64,000 nt of DNA from Lama glama (taxonomy: Eukaryota): positions 57,104,001 through 57,168,000 of the forward strand of contig CM052816.1 in the NCBI GenBank assembly GCA_028534125.1, given 5' to 3'. The position numbers and the translations under genes were made by a program. Positions 1 through 13,200 of this stretch are shown here, piece by piece. The number at the start of each line of letters is the position of its first letter. Within the stretch, counting starts at the first letter, position 1. The notes beneath the pieces are model-generated. The model did no database searches. It worked only from the letters and a program-made list of their open reading frames with translations, and had not been told where the DNA came from.

Positions 1-37
1 GTGTATATATATATATATATGTATGTATATATATATA
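1..37. repeat. (TA)n microsatellite
   Basis: Direct reading: gtgtatatatatatatatatgtatgtatatatatata. Confidence 0.9.
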
Positions 38-2234
38 AATTAAATTCCACCTTGCAAAGGTAGTGGAAAGTCCAAGCACGGCAAGTTGCTAGGAGACAGG
101 AGGCACTTTATTGGATGAGCTGTTTGGAGCCTACATGACTGAATTTCTCTCGCCTGATGACAGACACGCCTGACACCTGTTTAATTTCCACAGTTGTGTG
201 GCGTGGGCAGAGTTTCAGTTACAAGCAGAGGGAGACCCCATCCCCAGGTCACGGCAGGTTCTGCAGGAAGAGCTGCTGCCTGTTCTCTGAGGTAAAAGGA
301 GAGAGAAAAAGTCTCTCCACGTTTCTTCGTGAAGCCGTACGCCTGCTAAAGCAGTTGCATTTTTCTCCAAGAAACCTCTGCCCTCACCCTGTCGTGGCTT
401 TCTCCCCAGGGTGCTGGTCTTGAAACAGTGAGCTGCTAGGAGAAGCTCTGGGAACTAGAAAGGCTCTGGGAGCTGCCGCCTGTGACATCTGAGGCCATCT
501 GTAGAGGCCAGGAGTGATCCGCTTTTCCTCCAAGGCCCCGCCATTTCTCTGCCCCGTCTCCCTGGCCCCTACACTGCTAAAATAATATCTTTGTTCGCTA
601 GGCTGAGCACATGCCAGATGCAGTTCATCTAAATGAGCAAGTGCTTTCTGGGACTAGGCCTGATGAAAGAAAAGCTGTGCAGAGCTCGGTCAGCGTGCCA
701 AACCCTGGCCGACGCTGAAAGGCAAACCGTATTATTCTAAGAGGACTGCGTGTGCCAACCCACGGCAGACCCCAGGAAGAGGAGGCAGAGTCACTTAGCA
801 GATCTTCATTCTTGCCCAGCACCGTCCAAAAGAAGATGAGAGATGGCTCTGGGGAATTTCCATCCTGTAATCCATTTAGGCAGGATAAACAGAGCCCCTG
901 CTCTGGAAGATTCAGCCCTGAGCAAAAGGCACTTGGAATCCACATGCGGGAACTTGGATGTCCCATTCAAAACACAGAAGAAAAGCAGGGAAAAAAAAAA
1001 AGAAAAGAAAAGCAGGAGTCGGGTGACATGAGATGCAGCCAGCTCTGACATCAAAAGGCCACGGGGACCTGAGTACGTGACTTCACGCTGTCATCCTGGT
1101 GTCTCATCTGTGAAGTGACTCGTGCTTTATAGAGCCTTGAGGACTGCAAAGGTTCTTAGGATTTCCACTGACATTTGATTTAAATTGCATTAAAATTTTT
1201 CCAACTTATATAAAAAAGAGACAATCAAATATGACACGTTCCAATTTTTGACCTGAGACTGCCAAAATGTTCATTATAATGCCATCTAAACACCACTTTG
1301 TGGGTAAACCTTGGGATAAAGCTGTTCTGCCATCTGTCTAATTGAAGAGTATCTCGAGGTTGCAAGGAAAGTTATCTTTAAGAAAAACAACTGTTACCAT
1401 GTGCAACTACTTATCTGAATGGGGATATTTTCCCCCTCTATATTGTACAACTAATCCAGAAATAAACTGGATGCAGAAGCCGACCCGACTGCTCTTATCC
1501 ATCTAACTTCAGTTTGGGGGGTCAAAATAGCCTTATTATACTCGTTGCTTAACCTACAATTTAACTTCATTTTAACTTCAAAATGCATTCATACTAATAA
1601 AATACTGCCCTGTCTCATTTTCTGTGTAGGTGTTCTAATCTGGTTACTTTACTAAACGGTTTGAAAGTCACGAGAGCAGAGACTTCTCAGGGGCCTCTGC
1701 TCTCACCTAAGTTTTGGTGCCTGAGTGCCCTGCCATGGGTCAGGCAATCAGCAGGCCATGGTTCCACAGTAGGCAGAAGAGGTTTGGGAGGGGAGCAGGA
1801 TGGTTAATGAAACCTTGCAAATATCACGATCAAGTGCTCAATAAATATCTGTTTGCTGGTAGAGCCAAGCCTTGGAATAGGGTGTGGTCAGCTCTCCATG
1901 GCTGGAGAGTCGCGAACCCACAAATGGGCAAAGGCAGAGAATGAGAACATGGCTTGGCCAGACAATGAGCACATCAGGCTCAGAGTAGTTACGGAGCAAG
2001 GAGTGCAGTGGAGGAAAAAAATGAAACTTGGGGACTTTCAAGAGAAAACTCACAGCTGGAAAATCTTGGTCTTTAATCCTTGCTGCTGATTTCAGAAAAT
2101 TGTCTTTGAGGACCTCAGGAGAGCCTTGTAACCTGCTGCCTGGGTGTTTGATTCCCTTCCCCTGGAAGGCGAATGAATAATCTTCTTTCATGGCCCTTCT
2201 TTCGCACAGCTGTCAGCTGAGTGGGCCTCATTCT

Positions 2235-2385
2235 GTATAGGAATCACCTGGAGAGCTTGTTAACACGGACTCCTGGGCCCCACCCTCAGGGATCCTGCTT
2301 CCATAGGTTAAACACAAGGCCTGAGAATTTGCATTTCTCATCAGCTCAAAGGTGAGACTGAGGCTGCTGGTCCCTGACCAAGACA
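2235..2385. mobile_element. MER5A-like hAT-Charlie MITE
   Basis: gaatcacctggagagcttgttaa...ctgggccccaccc...gagaatttgcatttct...gctgctggtcc matches the recalled MER5A consensus. Confidence 0.75.
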
Positions 2386-2949
2386 GAGTAGAACTGACTG
2401 AAATACTGATGGGACACATAATACGTCCTCAGCACCATGCGGGGGGTGGGGGTGCTGTGGAAGACAGGAAGAGCCGCTCCTCCCTAGAATAAAGGGGACA
2501 GGATGCTTTCCTTCGGATCAGTGGATGGTGGGGGTTACAGAGAAACCTCTAGCACAGATCTGCGGGATGAAGGAGGGAAATCCCAGGAACACAGAGAAAT
2601 AGGGCAGGGTCCCAGACTCCAGCCTGTATTCCAGAGAGTTGTCCCCCCAAGAGGACAAAATGAAGATGGGAAGCAAGGTCAGCTCAAGAGCAAGCCCATG
2701 CAAAATGAGCATGAAAAATAAAGGAGAAACAAAAGTGCTCACGGAGCAGCCCCAAAGTTGGGGCGAACTGGCCATGTGCATCTGCACAATGTGATGAGGC
2801 ACTTTCTTGAAAGTTCTGTTGGGAGGAAAAGAACAAATGTGATGCCAAGAACAAACCTTACCCAATGGTGGAGACAGAGCCAGAATAATTTGTCTACCCA
2901 CAGGACATTTACTCCCTCCAGTCTCTTTACACTTCTCTTATTCCCACAG

Positions 2950-3099
2950 TGACTACCTTTCTTCGGTGAAAAGATGCCATGCTGTCCTCTGTCCCTATTG
3001 CTGATTTGAAGAGGCATAATACAGCTTAGCAGAGGAGAGCTGCTGTCCTATCATGCCGTGGCCCCGGAGGAAAGGCCCAGCCCTCTTGCCAACACAGTG
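2950..3099 (+). other. Candidate non-coding exon (lncRNA/UTR or pseudo-exon)
   Basis: Polypyrimidine tract and acceptor ctttacacttctcttattcccacag| at 2949; donor GTG|GTGAGT at 3099/3100; stops in all three frames. Confidence 0.3.
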
Positions 3100-5319
3100 G
3101 TGAGTGTAGCTCTGCTATTTCCAACTTGCTCTTAAAATCCTTTTCTGAACCTTTGGAAGGAGACAAACAGATGTCCTACAGCACAGGGTGTTGTGTATCG
3201 TGGCTGCAGTTGGGGGGAATCATATGACTCATTTGTATAAACTTATTAAAATACTTCTTTCGCTCATAATTTAGCCACAAGCATTAATTAAAGGATCAAA
3301 GAATATGTATTTGGATCTATAAAATCAGCATACTCAGCCAAAGCAAAAGGAAAAACTATTGAGCATTTCAGAACTTTAGAAACAATTTTTCAAAATGACA
3401 ATATTGGAATTGAACATTTCTCTTTTGCGAAGTTAGACTCCAAAAGGGAAAACAAAAACTAAGACAAAACCAAATTGCTTTTAAGAATGATCCTGTGGCA
3501 AGGTTATTTATTTGACTTGGGAGAACCAACCTAGCATGTATTTGTGACCCGTATTTACATAGGTAGAGATAGTCCTCAACTTAAAACGTTTCAAAACCTC
3601 ATTTTAAAATCAGTGTTAAGAAGAAAGAATATATTTTCTCATAGAAAAAAATCATTATCCATGGTGGAAAGGATGCCAGGATGGGTGCACACAAGGCTGT
3701 GTGGCTGGTGTTTAGGTTGAGGTGTGGGACAAAGGGCGCTGCCTGGATAAGCCAGCCAAGAACCATTGCTTTCGTCACAATGTCACCAGCGATTTGAGCA
3801 GTTTCATAGTGGGAAATGAGCAGAAGAGAAACGACAGGCTAGGAGAGAGGGAAGGCAAGGATGTGGACAGCAGGGGTGCAAGCAGCTCTTCCCAGACGTG
3901 GCTGAGCGGAGGCACAGCAGGAGTGGGCGGTGGGTTTAGGGAAAGCGTTTTGTGTTGATTGGTTGGTTGGGTGGTTGGTGGGTGGGTTGATTAGCTGAGG
4001 TGGGAAAACAGACTGAAGGAGCCGAAGAAAAGAGACAAGTTGAAGATGCTGGGGGGATGGGTAGGGGATGCAGCTGGGCAGGCCGCAGAAGTGCGGTCCA
4101 GCAGGCAGAGGAGGAAGGAGCCCAGGTGGGAGGAGGGGAGGCTTGGAGCAGTGCAGGGGGTTCAGAGCTGGTGGGGTTGGAGGCAAGAAGTTGAGGAATT
4201 CACGTGGAAGAAGTCATCCTCTGAGAATGGGGCAGGGAGGGAGGACTGGAGGTTTGAGGAAAGCAGAGGGCTGCCTCTGCTGCTCTCCAAATACCTGCAT
4301 GTGCCTCTCCCCTCAGCCCCCAGGGCAGGCTGCCCATCTGTGCCATTATCTTCAAGCTGCGTCCCTCCATCCCTACCTGCTACTTAGCTCCCTTTGTATT
4401 TCATTGTAATTTCCATTTCTCAATCTAGCTGCTTAGGTGTTAGAGGGAAAGCAATCTGATCAAATAGGTTTATGTTCAGATCTGAATGACGGTTAGCTCA
4501 GAACCCTTTTAGAGGCATTTGCGTTTCTGTGGAAAGGCTCTTGTTCTAAGTAAACCCCTAATTCAAAGGTTTTCAAGTAGAGGAACAAATGGAGTGAATA
4601 ATTTTAGGCAGCAGGCCAGGATAACTCTCTGGAATCTGTCTCAGAGGGTATCTTTTAGCCACAAAGTGATCCAAAGGACAAATGCCAAGGAAACAAAAAG
4701 GTTTGTGGAGGAGACCAAGCCAGCTTCATGATGTGGAGGGAACAGATGCCCAGAGCAAATTTCTGCATGTTTTCCCCTCTCTAGCTGTTCCAGGCACTGA
4801 AATAGTTTAGGATCTAGAGATCAGAGCTCCTGAAACAACCAGTGCAGTTAAAGCCAAAGCCAGGCTTCCACACGGCACATCAGCTCCCACTGTGTAAAAG
4901 CTCACATTATTGTGGCACACATAGGGTATAAAGCAACGCATCATGGAAAGTTGGAAATGACCTTACAGACGGTGTCCGCTGATGGGGATGGTAATAATTT
5001 GCAAGAGGTCAGCACTAAAGAACACTTTATTTTGCCATCTGTTACTGCAGCCTGGGGCATTGGAACTGTTAAAATATGTTTAGGCTGGAAAAGTCTTTAT
5101 ATCTATCTGTGAGCTGTATACAAAGTGTGTGGGAGTGTGTGTGCGTGCTCACCATTCCTTTTGGTTTGTGGGGGTGTTGGGCGGGGAGCAGGACACACTA
5201 GTACAGGTAGAAATTCTACCTTTAACAGCCCTGAAGTCTGTCAGCTCATGTGCTCAAAGTTTAAAGATCATTGCATTTTGAACCAGGAATATTAAGAAAA
5301 ATATTTTATTGACTTTTAT

Positions 5320-5567
5320 TGTTAAAGAAAAATATACTCATTATAGAGAGTCCTGAAAACACAAAAGGCCCAAAGACAAAATGAAAGTTATCTGTAATCC
5401 CAGTTCTCAGGGATGATCCCTGAAGTCTATCTTGATCCATTTCATTTTAGTCTTTTGCCTCTGTCTGTCTGTCTCTGCCTTTCCGCCCCTCTCTCTTTGT
5501 CTGTCTGTCTCTCTCATTGGGGTCATATCTCTACATAATTGTGTATCCTGCCTTTTCCACTTAACTA
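5320..5567 (-). mobile_element. Old L1M (L1ME-like) 3' fragment
   Basis: tatctgtaatccc...ggtcatatctctacataattgtgtatcctgccttttccacttaac resembles an antisense L1ME 3'UTR. Confidence 0.5.
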
Positions 5568-7148
5568 AATCAGGAAATGTACAGGCAGTAACAGAACCTT
5601 TTTATTTCCACATTTTCTCCTTTGTTTCTGTCTGCATCTTTCCCTCCTTCTTTGCCAGCATTTCTTTATGTTGGAGTATTTCCATTTTTATCAAAGTTCA
5701 ATTCAAAATGTAAAACAGTTTATGCTTTTTGAGTTTTATTTCCTCCCTACACTTGTTAAAATAGACCAGTAAAAGCAGAGTTTTCCAGGTTATGATAGAT
5801 CCACCTCCAACTATATAACTGGTTCAATTTAGAGTCTTAGGATAATGATCTGCCACCATATGTGGGTTATAACTTGAGGTTTGCATAAAAATGTGTCTTG
5901 GATTAACTGACTCTGCCACAGTGCCGGGTAACTGGCTTGTTTCTAGGAAGTTAAACAGCTAACTTTTGCTTGATGTAGTCAGCGGAGCTTTCTGATGAAA
6001 GCAAATAAAACAACCAATTAGGGATGTGACTTCAGGTGTGGTCTCCCCCCGTAGAGGTGTGCTCGGTGTTCAGGAAGATTTTCTACGAGGGAGGCAAAAT
6101 GCCTTGGAAAGCAATTATCTTATTTAAGCCTACACTTGTCTGGGGAGCTGAGGTCAGCCACAAAGCCTTTGGAAAAAATGCGCTGTCTGCCATAGAAAGC
6201 AGTTTCTTTGGCGGGGGGCGGGGGTGTCAGTTTGCACAACTTTGCTTTTGAATTGATTGACCTCCAGAGACCACGAGCCTGTGTAGATTAAACACAGAGC
6301 AAACCTCAGGACGAGGCCGCCCCCTCTCCCTCCAAATCACTCCCATTTCAAAACAAAAACAAAAACAGAAATACTTTAAACTTTGCTTTCCAAAGCCAAT
6401 GCCCTCCCCCCAAAACTGTCTGTTACTGCTTCTGCTTGGATTATTTTCATTTGGGTTGTGTTTTTCTGACCGGAGGCCAGGCCCTTGTCTTTGTGTATTT
6501 GTAAAGTGCCATGTCTACTTACTAGTCTTTAGAAATTACAGAGAAAAACAGGAATGCAAGGAAACTGGCAGCTAAAACCTTGCAGCTTTTCTGAACTGAT
6601 GCTCTGCCCAAGAACCAGAATGGAATACTTTCATAAGGCAATATTGAAACATTCTAATCCCAAGAAACTAAATTAAGTCTCCATTAGCTGAATATGAAAC
6701 AGTGCCCCAAGCTGGCACGGGGTCTACTGCTCGCATGGTTTGCCGTGATGCCATGTTGAGGAGCTGCTGCTCTGCGGTCAGGGTAAAAGGGAGCAGATCC
6801 TTTCCAGTGAGGGAGTCTCACGACAGTTTCATGACAATGATGGTTGAGTTTAGACTTCATGCTGCCCTCTGTCCATTTCTGTGCCAGCCTCCTGGAGATC
6901 CAGAAGTTCTTTGGGCATGATGGTTTTCCTCATATGACATGTAGCTGGCTGTGCTCAACTTGCAGAATCTGAGAGCCATAGGGAAGAGAGCCCATCACTG
7001 GAGGGACACAGAAATGTGAAGGTTGGAGGTGCTGTGAGGCCAGATCAGCACAGCGGAAGCAAAAGGGAGGCAAAGTGGACAAAGCAGAAATTTCTTCTTT
7101 CTCTTTTCCTTCCTTCCTCCCTTCCCTTCCTTTCCCCTCCCCTTACCA

Positions 7149-7430
7149 GGGGTGGGTATAAAAGATAGGGTCTGTAAACTCTTCCTTTCTTAGAAATTAA
7201 TTTCCTAGTTCTGTAGAAATGGTTTTATTAGATGTTCTCTATCATTAAATAATACATTTGCAGACTAAAAGATAGAAGTGTAGTATAAAATCAGCCAGTT
7301 AAGTTAAACATGCATGTCTGCCTTTGTGTTTGTCATTGGCCTGAATATAAAGACATATACAACTGACTCTTGTAAGAAAACATTGGAATGCATTTTGTTT
7401 AGTATTATATCTAGTCAGTGTTTCATTAGT
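7149..7430 (+). pseudogene. EIF4A2: Retrocopy fragment resembling the EIF4A2 mRNA 3'UTR (no CDS)
   Basis: ggggtgggtataaaagat...ttcttagaaattaatttcctagttctgtagaaatggt...attagatgttctctatcatt...gtataaaatcagcca...gaatgcattttgttt is colinear with the mammalian EIF4A2 3'UTR as I recall it; needs BLAST confirmation. Confidence 0.75.
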
Positions 7431-8555
7431 TTTTACAAAGTCTTTCCTCCTCCTTTCTTCTTTCCCTCTCTCCCTTCCTTTCTCTCAACTGAATTTTGTA
7501 GTAAATTGTCTCTTCCTCACTTTGACTGTAGACATGACTTCCAAAAGGAAGAAACAACTCAAAAATAACCTTTGAGATCTTGATGTCAAGAACTCTCTTG
7601 CTCAGCCAAGTTTAGAAAGGACTTCACATGTGAGGTGTGGGATCGTATAACAGAATAGACCGTAAAGGGGTCTGTAACTAAATGTCCCCTCTTCTGAAAC
7701 ATAGTGATGGCCTCAGAGTTCCAGGGAGGCAGAGCAGCCTCACAAAACTCCTTGCTGGCAGCCTGGGCAGCTTATGTCACCAGGGTGCCACACCAGCCCC
7801 ATTAGAGCAGAATGACGCCAGGAAACTTGGACTTGGCAGCACAAGTATATTGAATTTAATGACCCCGGCAGCAGCAGAGGTCACTGCAACAGAACTCTAA
7901 AACCAAATCGTCCCACGTGGAACAGTGCTGTCTTTCTCTGTAAAGCAGCCCTGAAAAAGCATAGGCAGAGCCCAGTCAGAATATACATTTTTAAATTTTG
8001 TCTTTCATTTTAGAGATTGATAACTGAAACATTTTAAAACGTGCAAACCTCAGAGAAAATCAGGTTTGGAAACTTACAGTTAAGCTTTCATCACAGCTTG
8101 GGTTCTAAACCTACACTGTTGAGAAGCAGTTAAAATATACATTTTAGAACAATTGTTACTAGTATAAGAGGATTTTTTTATGAGAACATTGTTCAGTGTA
8201 GTCACATTTCATTTCTAAAAATAGACAAATAACAAAAATGATTCACAGATGTTGATTTAAGAGCAAAATTGTGAACTATATAAAGTAAAATGTATTTGAA
8301 GGAAAGGTAGAGCACTTCATTAAAAGCCATTCCATAAAAAAGCACCTCCTTCTCCCTGACCCCCGAGGAGATTCCAAGTCCTGGCTAGACCCACAACACG
8401 TGGATCCCGGGGCACACATGAGCCTTTGTGCCCCAGGCAGCAACCCAGGACGGGCCTTCCAGGGTGATGCTCTGTGACAGGAGCCTGGTAAGGACGGGTT
8501 CACTGAGGTGGCAATTCTCACTAGTTGCTCTACAGCAGAATTCCCTACAGTGCCA

Positions 8556-8697
8556 GTTAAATGCAGATTCCAGGGCCCATTCCTACGAGCTCTGATTCAG
8601 TGTATCGAGGTTGGAACCTAGGAATCTGCAGTGTAAAACCAGCCTGCCAAGTCTTTCTGCTGCAGGTGGAGTACTGACCACATGTTGAGAAACACTC
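8556..8697. mobile_element. MER5-family hAT-Charlie MITE
   Basis: aaatgcagattccagggcccat...ctgattcagt...ctaggaatctgca...gaccacatgttgagaaacact. Confidence 0.7.
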
Positions 8698-8973
8698 TTC
8701 TGAGGGATCCCATTGAAGTCATTTCCCCACTGTCAGAAGCCTGCAGTTGCCAATTAGGGTTCATCTCATCTCTCTAGTGGGTTTTATTAGCACCTGTAGG
8801 AGTCTTTGATACCCAGGTTTGGGGGCCATAAAAGGAGCCATTAGAAATGACCTCATTATAGATTGAATCTGTAAATTGTTTACAATTAACTTAAGCATAA
8901 TTATACAGACGAGATAACCATGACCAGAACGTGTGGTTCTGGAAACTTACCTAATCCTGCTATATTCTATTAT

Positions 8974-9360
8974 TGTCACAACCGGCACTGCCCTCCTGAC
9001 TCTGCCCCACCCTGGTGGTTGTCCCTGGGAGACTGAACATGCTTTTCCCAGGTGAGCCTGGCCACGTGACTCATTTTGGCCAATGAAATGTGGGTAGGAA
9101 GTGGTGGTGCCACTTGCAGCAGAGGCTTTAAAAGCCATGGTGTGGTTCTGCCCTCCCTTATCCCTCTGCCCTCCCTCATCCCTCTGCCCCGACAGCAGCA
9201 TGTCCCACGTAGGAGCTGCTCCTTTTGTCTGCACTCAGGGTTGGAGCTACAGCGGAACGTGAAGCGGACAGGTTCCAGGAGTGAGAGAGAAAGCTTGGCT
9301 GCGGAGGCTGCCTAGCTGTGTGCTCCTGCCGCGAATCCCAGCAAAACCAGCCACTAATGC
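8974..9360 (+). mobile_element. MaLR solo LTR (MLT1I/J/K-like)
   Basis: ggccacgtgactcattttggccaatgaaatgtgggtaggaagtg core and 3' end actaatgca; internal 18-bp tandem duplication at ~9148-9190. Confidence 0.7.
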
Positions 9361-10424
9361 AGCTCCTCGTTAGTATTAGCGAAATACCAAGCCAGGCGTG
9401 GCTAAGGGAAATTTTCTCGGTCCTGATTCTGTCTGTAATTTTCTTTTGTCATCTGAATTCTTTGTGTTCTATACCAGTCTGTGCATCCTTTTAGTAGCAT
9501 ACTTAACATGAACTGCAGAAAATTATGAGTTATCTTGTAAATGCTCGAAGTTCAGAGTTGAAATACCAAAACTTCATTAGCTGTCTGTCTCCACAGAACC
9601 TAGGAAGCTCCCTTCCCTTCTGACATACTTTGCAAGGTGGCCTTTCACCAAGTACTGATGAGCGGGACCACGATCTGTATGTGCAGTATTGCACCTTCTT
9701 GTCCAAATTTCTGCTCCAGACGTGCTATGATTGGACTTAGTGTCTCCACGGTTGTGGCAAGGAGAAAGGGTGTTTATTTGTTTCTACTCTGTGGCCAGAG
9801 AGAAAGAAAAATTTCCACCTGAGACCATGCTTTAGGTCTCCAAATACGGGCTCCATGAGATTTTCTGTATAATATTATCAAACATCTCTGTAGAAACTAG
9901 GCTTTTATTGTTTAACCATTGCAAATCCCCACTGTGTTAAGCCAGTGTCCTTCTGTCACTGTCAGAACACACTGGTGAGTTCAGAGGGCTGGGAGAGAAA
10001 GGGATGAGGCGTGACTCGCTCCCTGAAAATCTCCCAGAGATCACAACCCACCTTAGCTTCAGGGCTGCTGTGGATGAGTGATCCACTTTTCTGTTAATCA
10101 CACCTAGACTTTTGCCTTGTCAGCTTCCAAATTTTCTAAATTGCCTCGGGCTAACACTCTGGAGCTAGTGTAAGCACAAATGAAGGAATTTATTCAAAGA
10201 TGGTGGTTTGCTGCTTGGCCTTGGAAAGCCTGGTAGCAGAACAAGAGAATCAGTGGGCGCCAGCCCAGGTTCTTGATCTCCAGATCTCTCTCCAGGTCTC
10301 ATTGGTCTCCTCCTTCCCTTGCTCCTCAGTCCCCATGATAGGGTGAGGCTGCCCCCAGCTCGCTCCAGAATCCCAGCCTCAAGCACAGGACGGATGTCCT
10401 CATTGGTCTCAATCCCCAAGATCA

Positions 10425-10512
10425 TCAATTCAACACATATTTACTGAACGTATGATAGTCCAGGCACTGTTGTTGGTTCTCGGGATCCACAAGGGAAGGA
10501 AGAAAGTCCCTG
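10425..10512 (-). mobile_element. L2 3' end fragment
   Basis: ttcaacacatatttactgaacgtatgatagtccaggcactgt is an antisense L2 tail. Confidence 0.6.
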
Positions 10513-11424
10513 TGGGGTGGGAGGTTAGGACCAGAATTGTGTTCCACAAATATGGTTGCCAGGTAACCCTATACATCTCCTCAGAGGCTTCACTAAGAAG
10601 GATCATTGTCAGCTGGGCAGATACCCCAGAAGGTGACGCTCGTACAATCAAAAAGAAAGTGCCAAATGGAAAAATTGTACCTTTTCCACCCACCCACATG
10701 GGCATGATCTCATAGAGCATTTTTTATTCAAGTTTCACCAGTGCTTTATAAGCCTTTTGTTATCATTCCTCCTTAGTTCTCTTTACTCTAAGCCAGGCTG
10801 GTGACTTCATTTCTCAGAAAAACAAAAAACAAAAGCAACAAACAAACAAAATGGGGGCAATAATAGAAAGGAGTTAGATGAAATCAGTGTTGCTAAGAAT
10901 TCTTTTGAAACTGGTGACTCTCAAAAATATGATCAAAAGACCACCAGAATTCACTTCCTAAATGAATTAATGGCTTTCTCACAGTATTTCTCAAAGCTGT
11001 CTTATCCAAAGCTACATTATTTCTGTAACACACTCTATTCAGCTCTGTTTAGGAGGAGAAGTGGAAATAGATGGTCTCATACAAGTAGGTCCTGGGCACC
11101 TTTCTAAACCTTACTTCTGTTCCACCCAGGCATGCAGCAGAGCTCCAGTCGGAGACGTACAAAGTTATGGTGTGAATGGCTATTTTGTAAATGAGAATAT
11201 GAATTTGATTTTGACTTTGGGGTAGTGAAAATAATCAGAAACAGAACCTTAATGGAGCTGCTTCAGGCTTGCTGGGGAGACAGTACAGCTGAGAGGCAAA
11301 CTAAAACCAGAAGTAAGAATAGAAATGAGGTATTTACCTGAACCTGCTACAGAAATTGTGAAGAAAATTGTGGAGAGTCATTTTACTGGAACAGGCTGTG
11401 CCTCCATCACATAACAGGCAGTTC

Positions 11425-12055
11425 TGTTTAAGGGAAGAAGAAAACAGTTGCAGGTGGTAAATATTAGTCCATTAAAGAGTAGGGATGGTTGGCCTTATGT
11501 TCCCAGAGACACACATTAACCCAGCACCCCCCAGAAGGCATATGCACTTCCGAAGTTACTTCCCAGAGCATAACATGAACGATTTCTAGGGAAGAGGGAG
11601 AAATCCAGGCAAAGAAAATGTCCCAAGCAAAGACCTAGAAGCAAGAATTAACACAAACTGTTGAGGGGCTGAGTTATTTCTGACCCATGATGATGATTCT
11701 TTCAAGGATGTTTGTAGAGCGAGCATCCTTGAAGATGGAGATAGTGACTCCCTTTGGGGCAAAGGGCAGGCAACTTTACCTGCAGACCATTATAAAAGAT
11801 TCAGGTTTCCTAAGCACTGAGAAGAACCCCCACTGCATGTGTAGTGTCTACCTAGGTCACTCCATGTTGCCCCTGTGGTCCTCAGGAAGCAAGGGGGAAT
11901 TCAGATGAACATTGTGTTCAGGCTGCTTGCTCTGCTGGAAGTTACAAAGTCCTTTGTATCTAACCCAGGAGTCTCATGCATTTTGTCAGCATCCATGAAA
12001 CTGCTAGCATCCAGGCTAAGTTGGGTAAACCCTAGACCTCTCATGGTTCTTGACA
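11425..12055 (+). mobile_element. ERV (probably ERVL-class) solo LTR; subfamily and 5' boundary uncertain
   Basis: TATA-like cattataaaag (~11790); U5-like aaagtcctttgtatctaacccaggagtctcatg...gcatccatgaaactg...ttcttgaCA terminus at 12055. Confidence 0.65.
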
Positions 12056-12069
12056 GCTGTATGTTTGTC

Positions 12070-12483
12070 CAGTAGTTTGGAGGCTGTTGCAGTGATCCAG
12101 GTGAGAGAGAAATTCCTTAACTAGAGCCGTGAATGTAAGTGTAAGAGGAGGCAATAGATTCTAGAAGTATTTAGAAAGTAACATTGGTATGACCTTTGAT
12201 GGTTTGGATTGGAAGAACTGGTAAACGAAAGTGATTGTAGATGATCCCCACCTCTAGTTTGAGTGTTTGAGTCATTAGTAGAGCTTCTCACTAAGAGAGT
12301 ATTAGAGGAGGAGTATGGCTTGGGGGTCAAATGAAGAGTTCAGTTTTATACATGTTGCTTTTGAGGTGCTTATGGGACAGCCAAGACGGGGTGACCAGAA
12401 GACACCTTAATATAAGTGTTTGAAGCTCAGAGGGATATATCAGGACTGGTGCCAAGACTTGGGAGGCCTCAACATATAGGTGG
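12070..12483 (-). mobile_element. L2 LINE fragment, interrupted by the MLT1 LTR at 12484
   Basis: ggaggctgttgcagtgatccaggtgagag...gagttcagttttatacatgttgcttttgaggtgc...gaagctcagaggg is typical antisense L2. Confidence 0.75.
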
Positions 12484-12965
12484 TGTGGTAGTCAGCCTCC
12501 AGGATGGCCCCTAATGATCCCTGCCTTCTTATATTTGTTCCCTTGTGTAGTCATTGGGTGAGAATTGGTGTGTATAATCAATAGATTGTACATATAGCAT
12601 CACCAGCAGAAGTGATAGTATATGACCACCAAACTTAGGTCACAAAAGAAATTGTGGTTTATGCCTTGGATCACCTGTTGTAGGAGAAACTGGCTGCCCT
12701 ATAGTGAGGACACTCAAGTAACCTTAGAGAGAGGGCCATATGAGTGAGCCATTGTGGAAGCAGATCCTCCAGCCCAGTCAAACCTCAGAGGACTGCAGCC
12801 CTGGCTGACAACTTGATTCCAACCTCACAAGAGATCCTGAACCACTCAGTTTAGCCGTTCTCAGATTTCTGACTCTTAGAAGGAAACTATGTCAGATGAG
12901 TATTTACTGTTTTAGGCTACTAAGTTCTTTGGTGATTTTTTATGCAGCGATAGAGAAATAATGCA
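12484..12965 (+). mobile_element. MaLR solo LTR (MLT1E/F-like)
   Basis: TG...CA termini (tgtggtagtcagcctcc...aataatgca) with exact 5-bp TSD GGTGG at 12479-12483 and 12966-12970. Confidence 0.9.
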
Positions 12966-13200
12966 GGTGGTAATTAAAGTGGCGACCTCCTTCAGCTCCC
13001 CCCTCACTCTCAGCAGATGATCCCCACCCCTTACTTTGTAGGAAAAAAAAATGCCAACAAGCTGTAACTCTTTCCATCTCCCATTCTATTATTCCCTGTC
13101 TCTAAAGGTATTAATTCTGCACCTGCACTTACCTTCCCTCCAGTCTTAAAGGAAGACTTACCTATCTGCTTTGGAGCAAAATGATGGCTCTTTAACTTTA

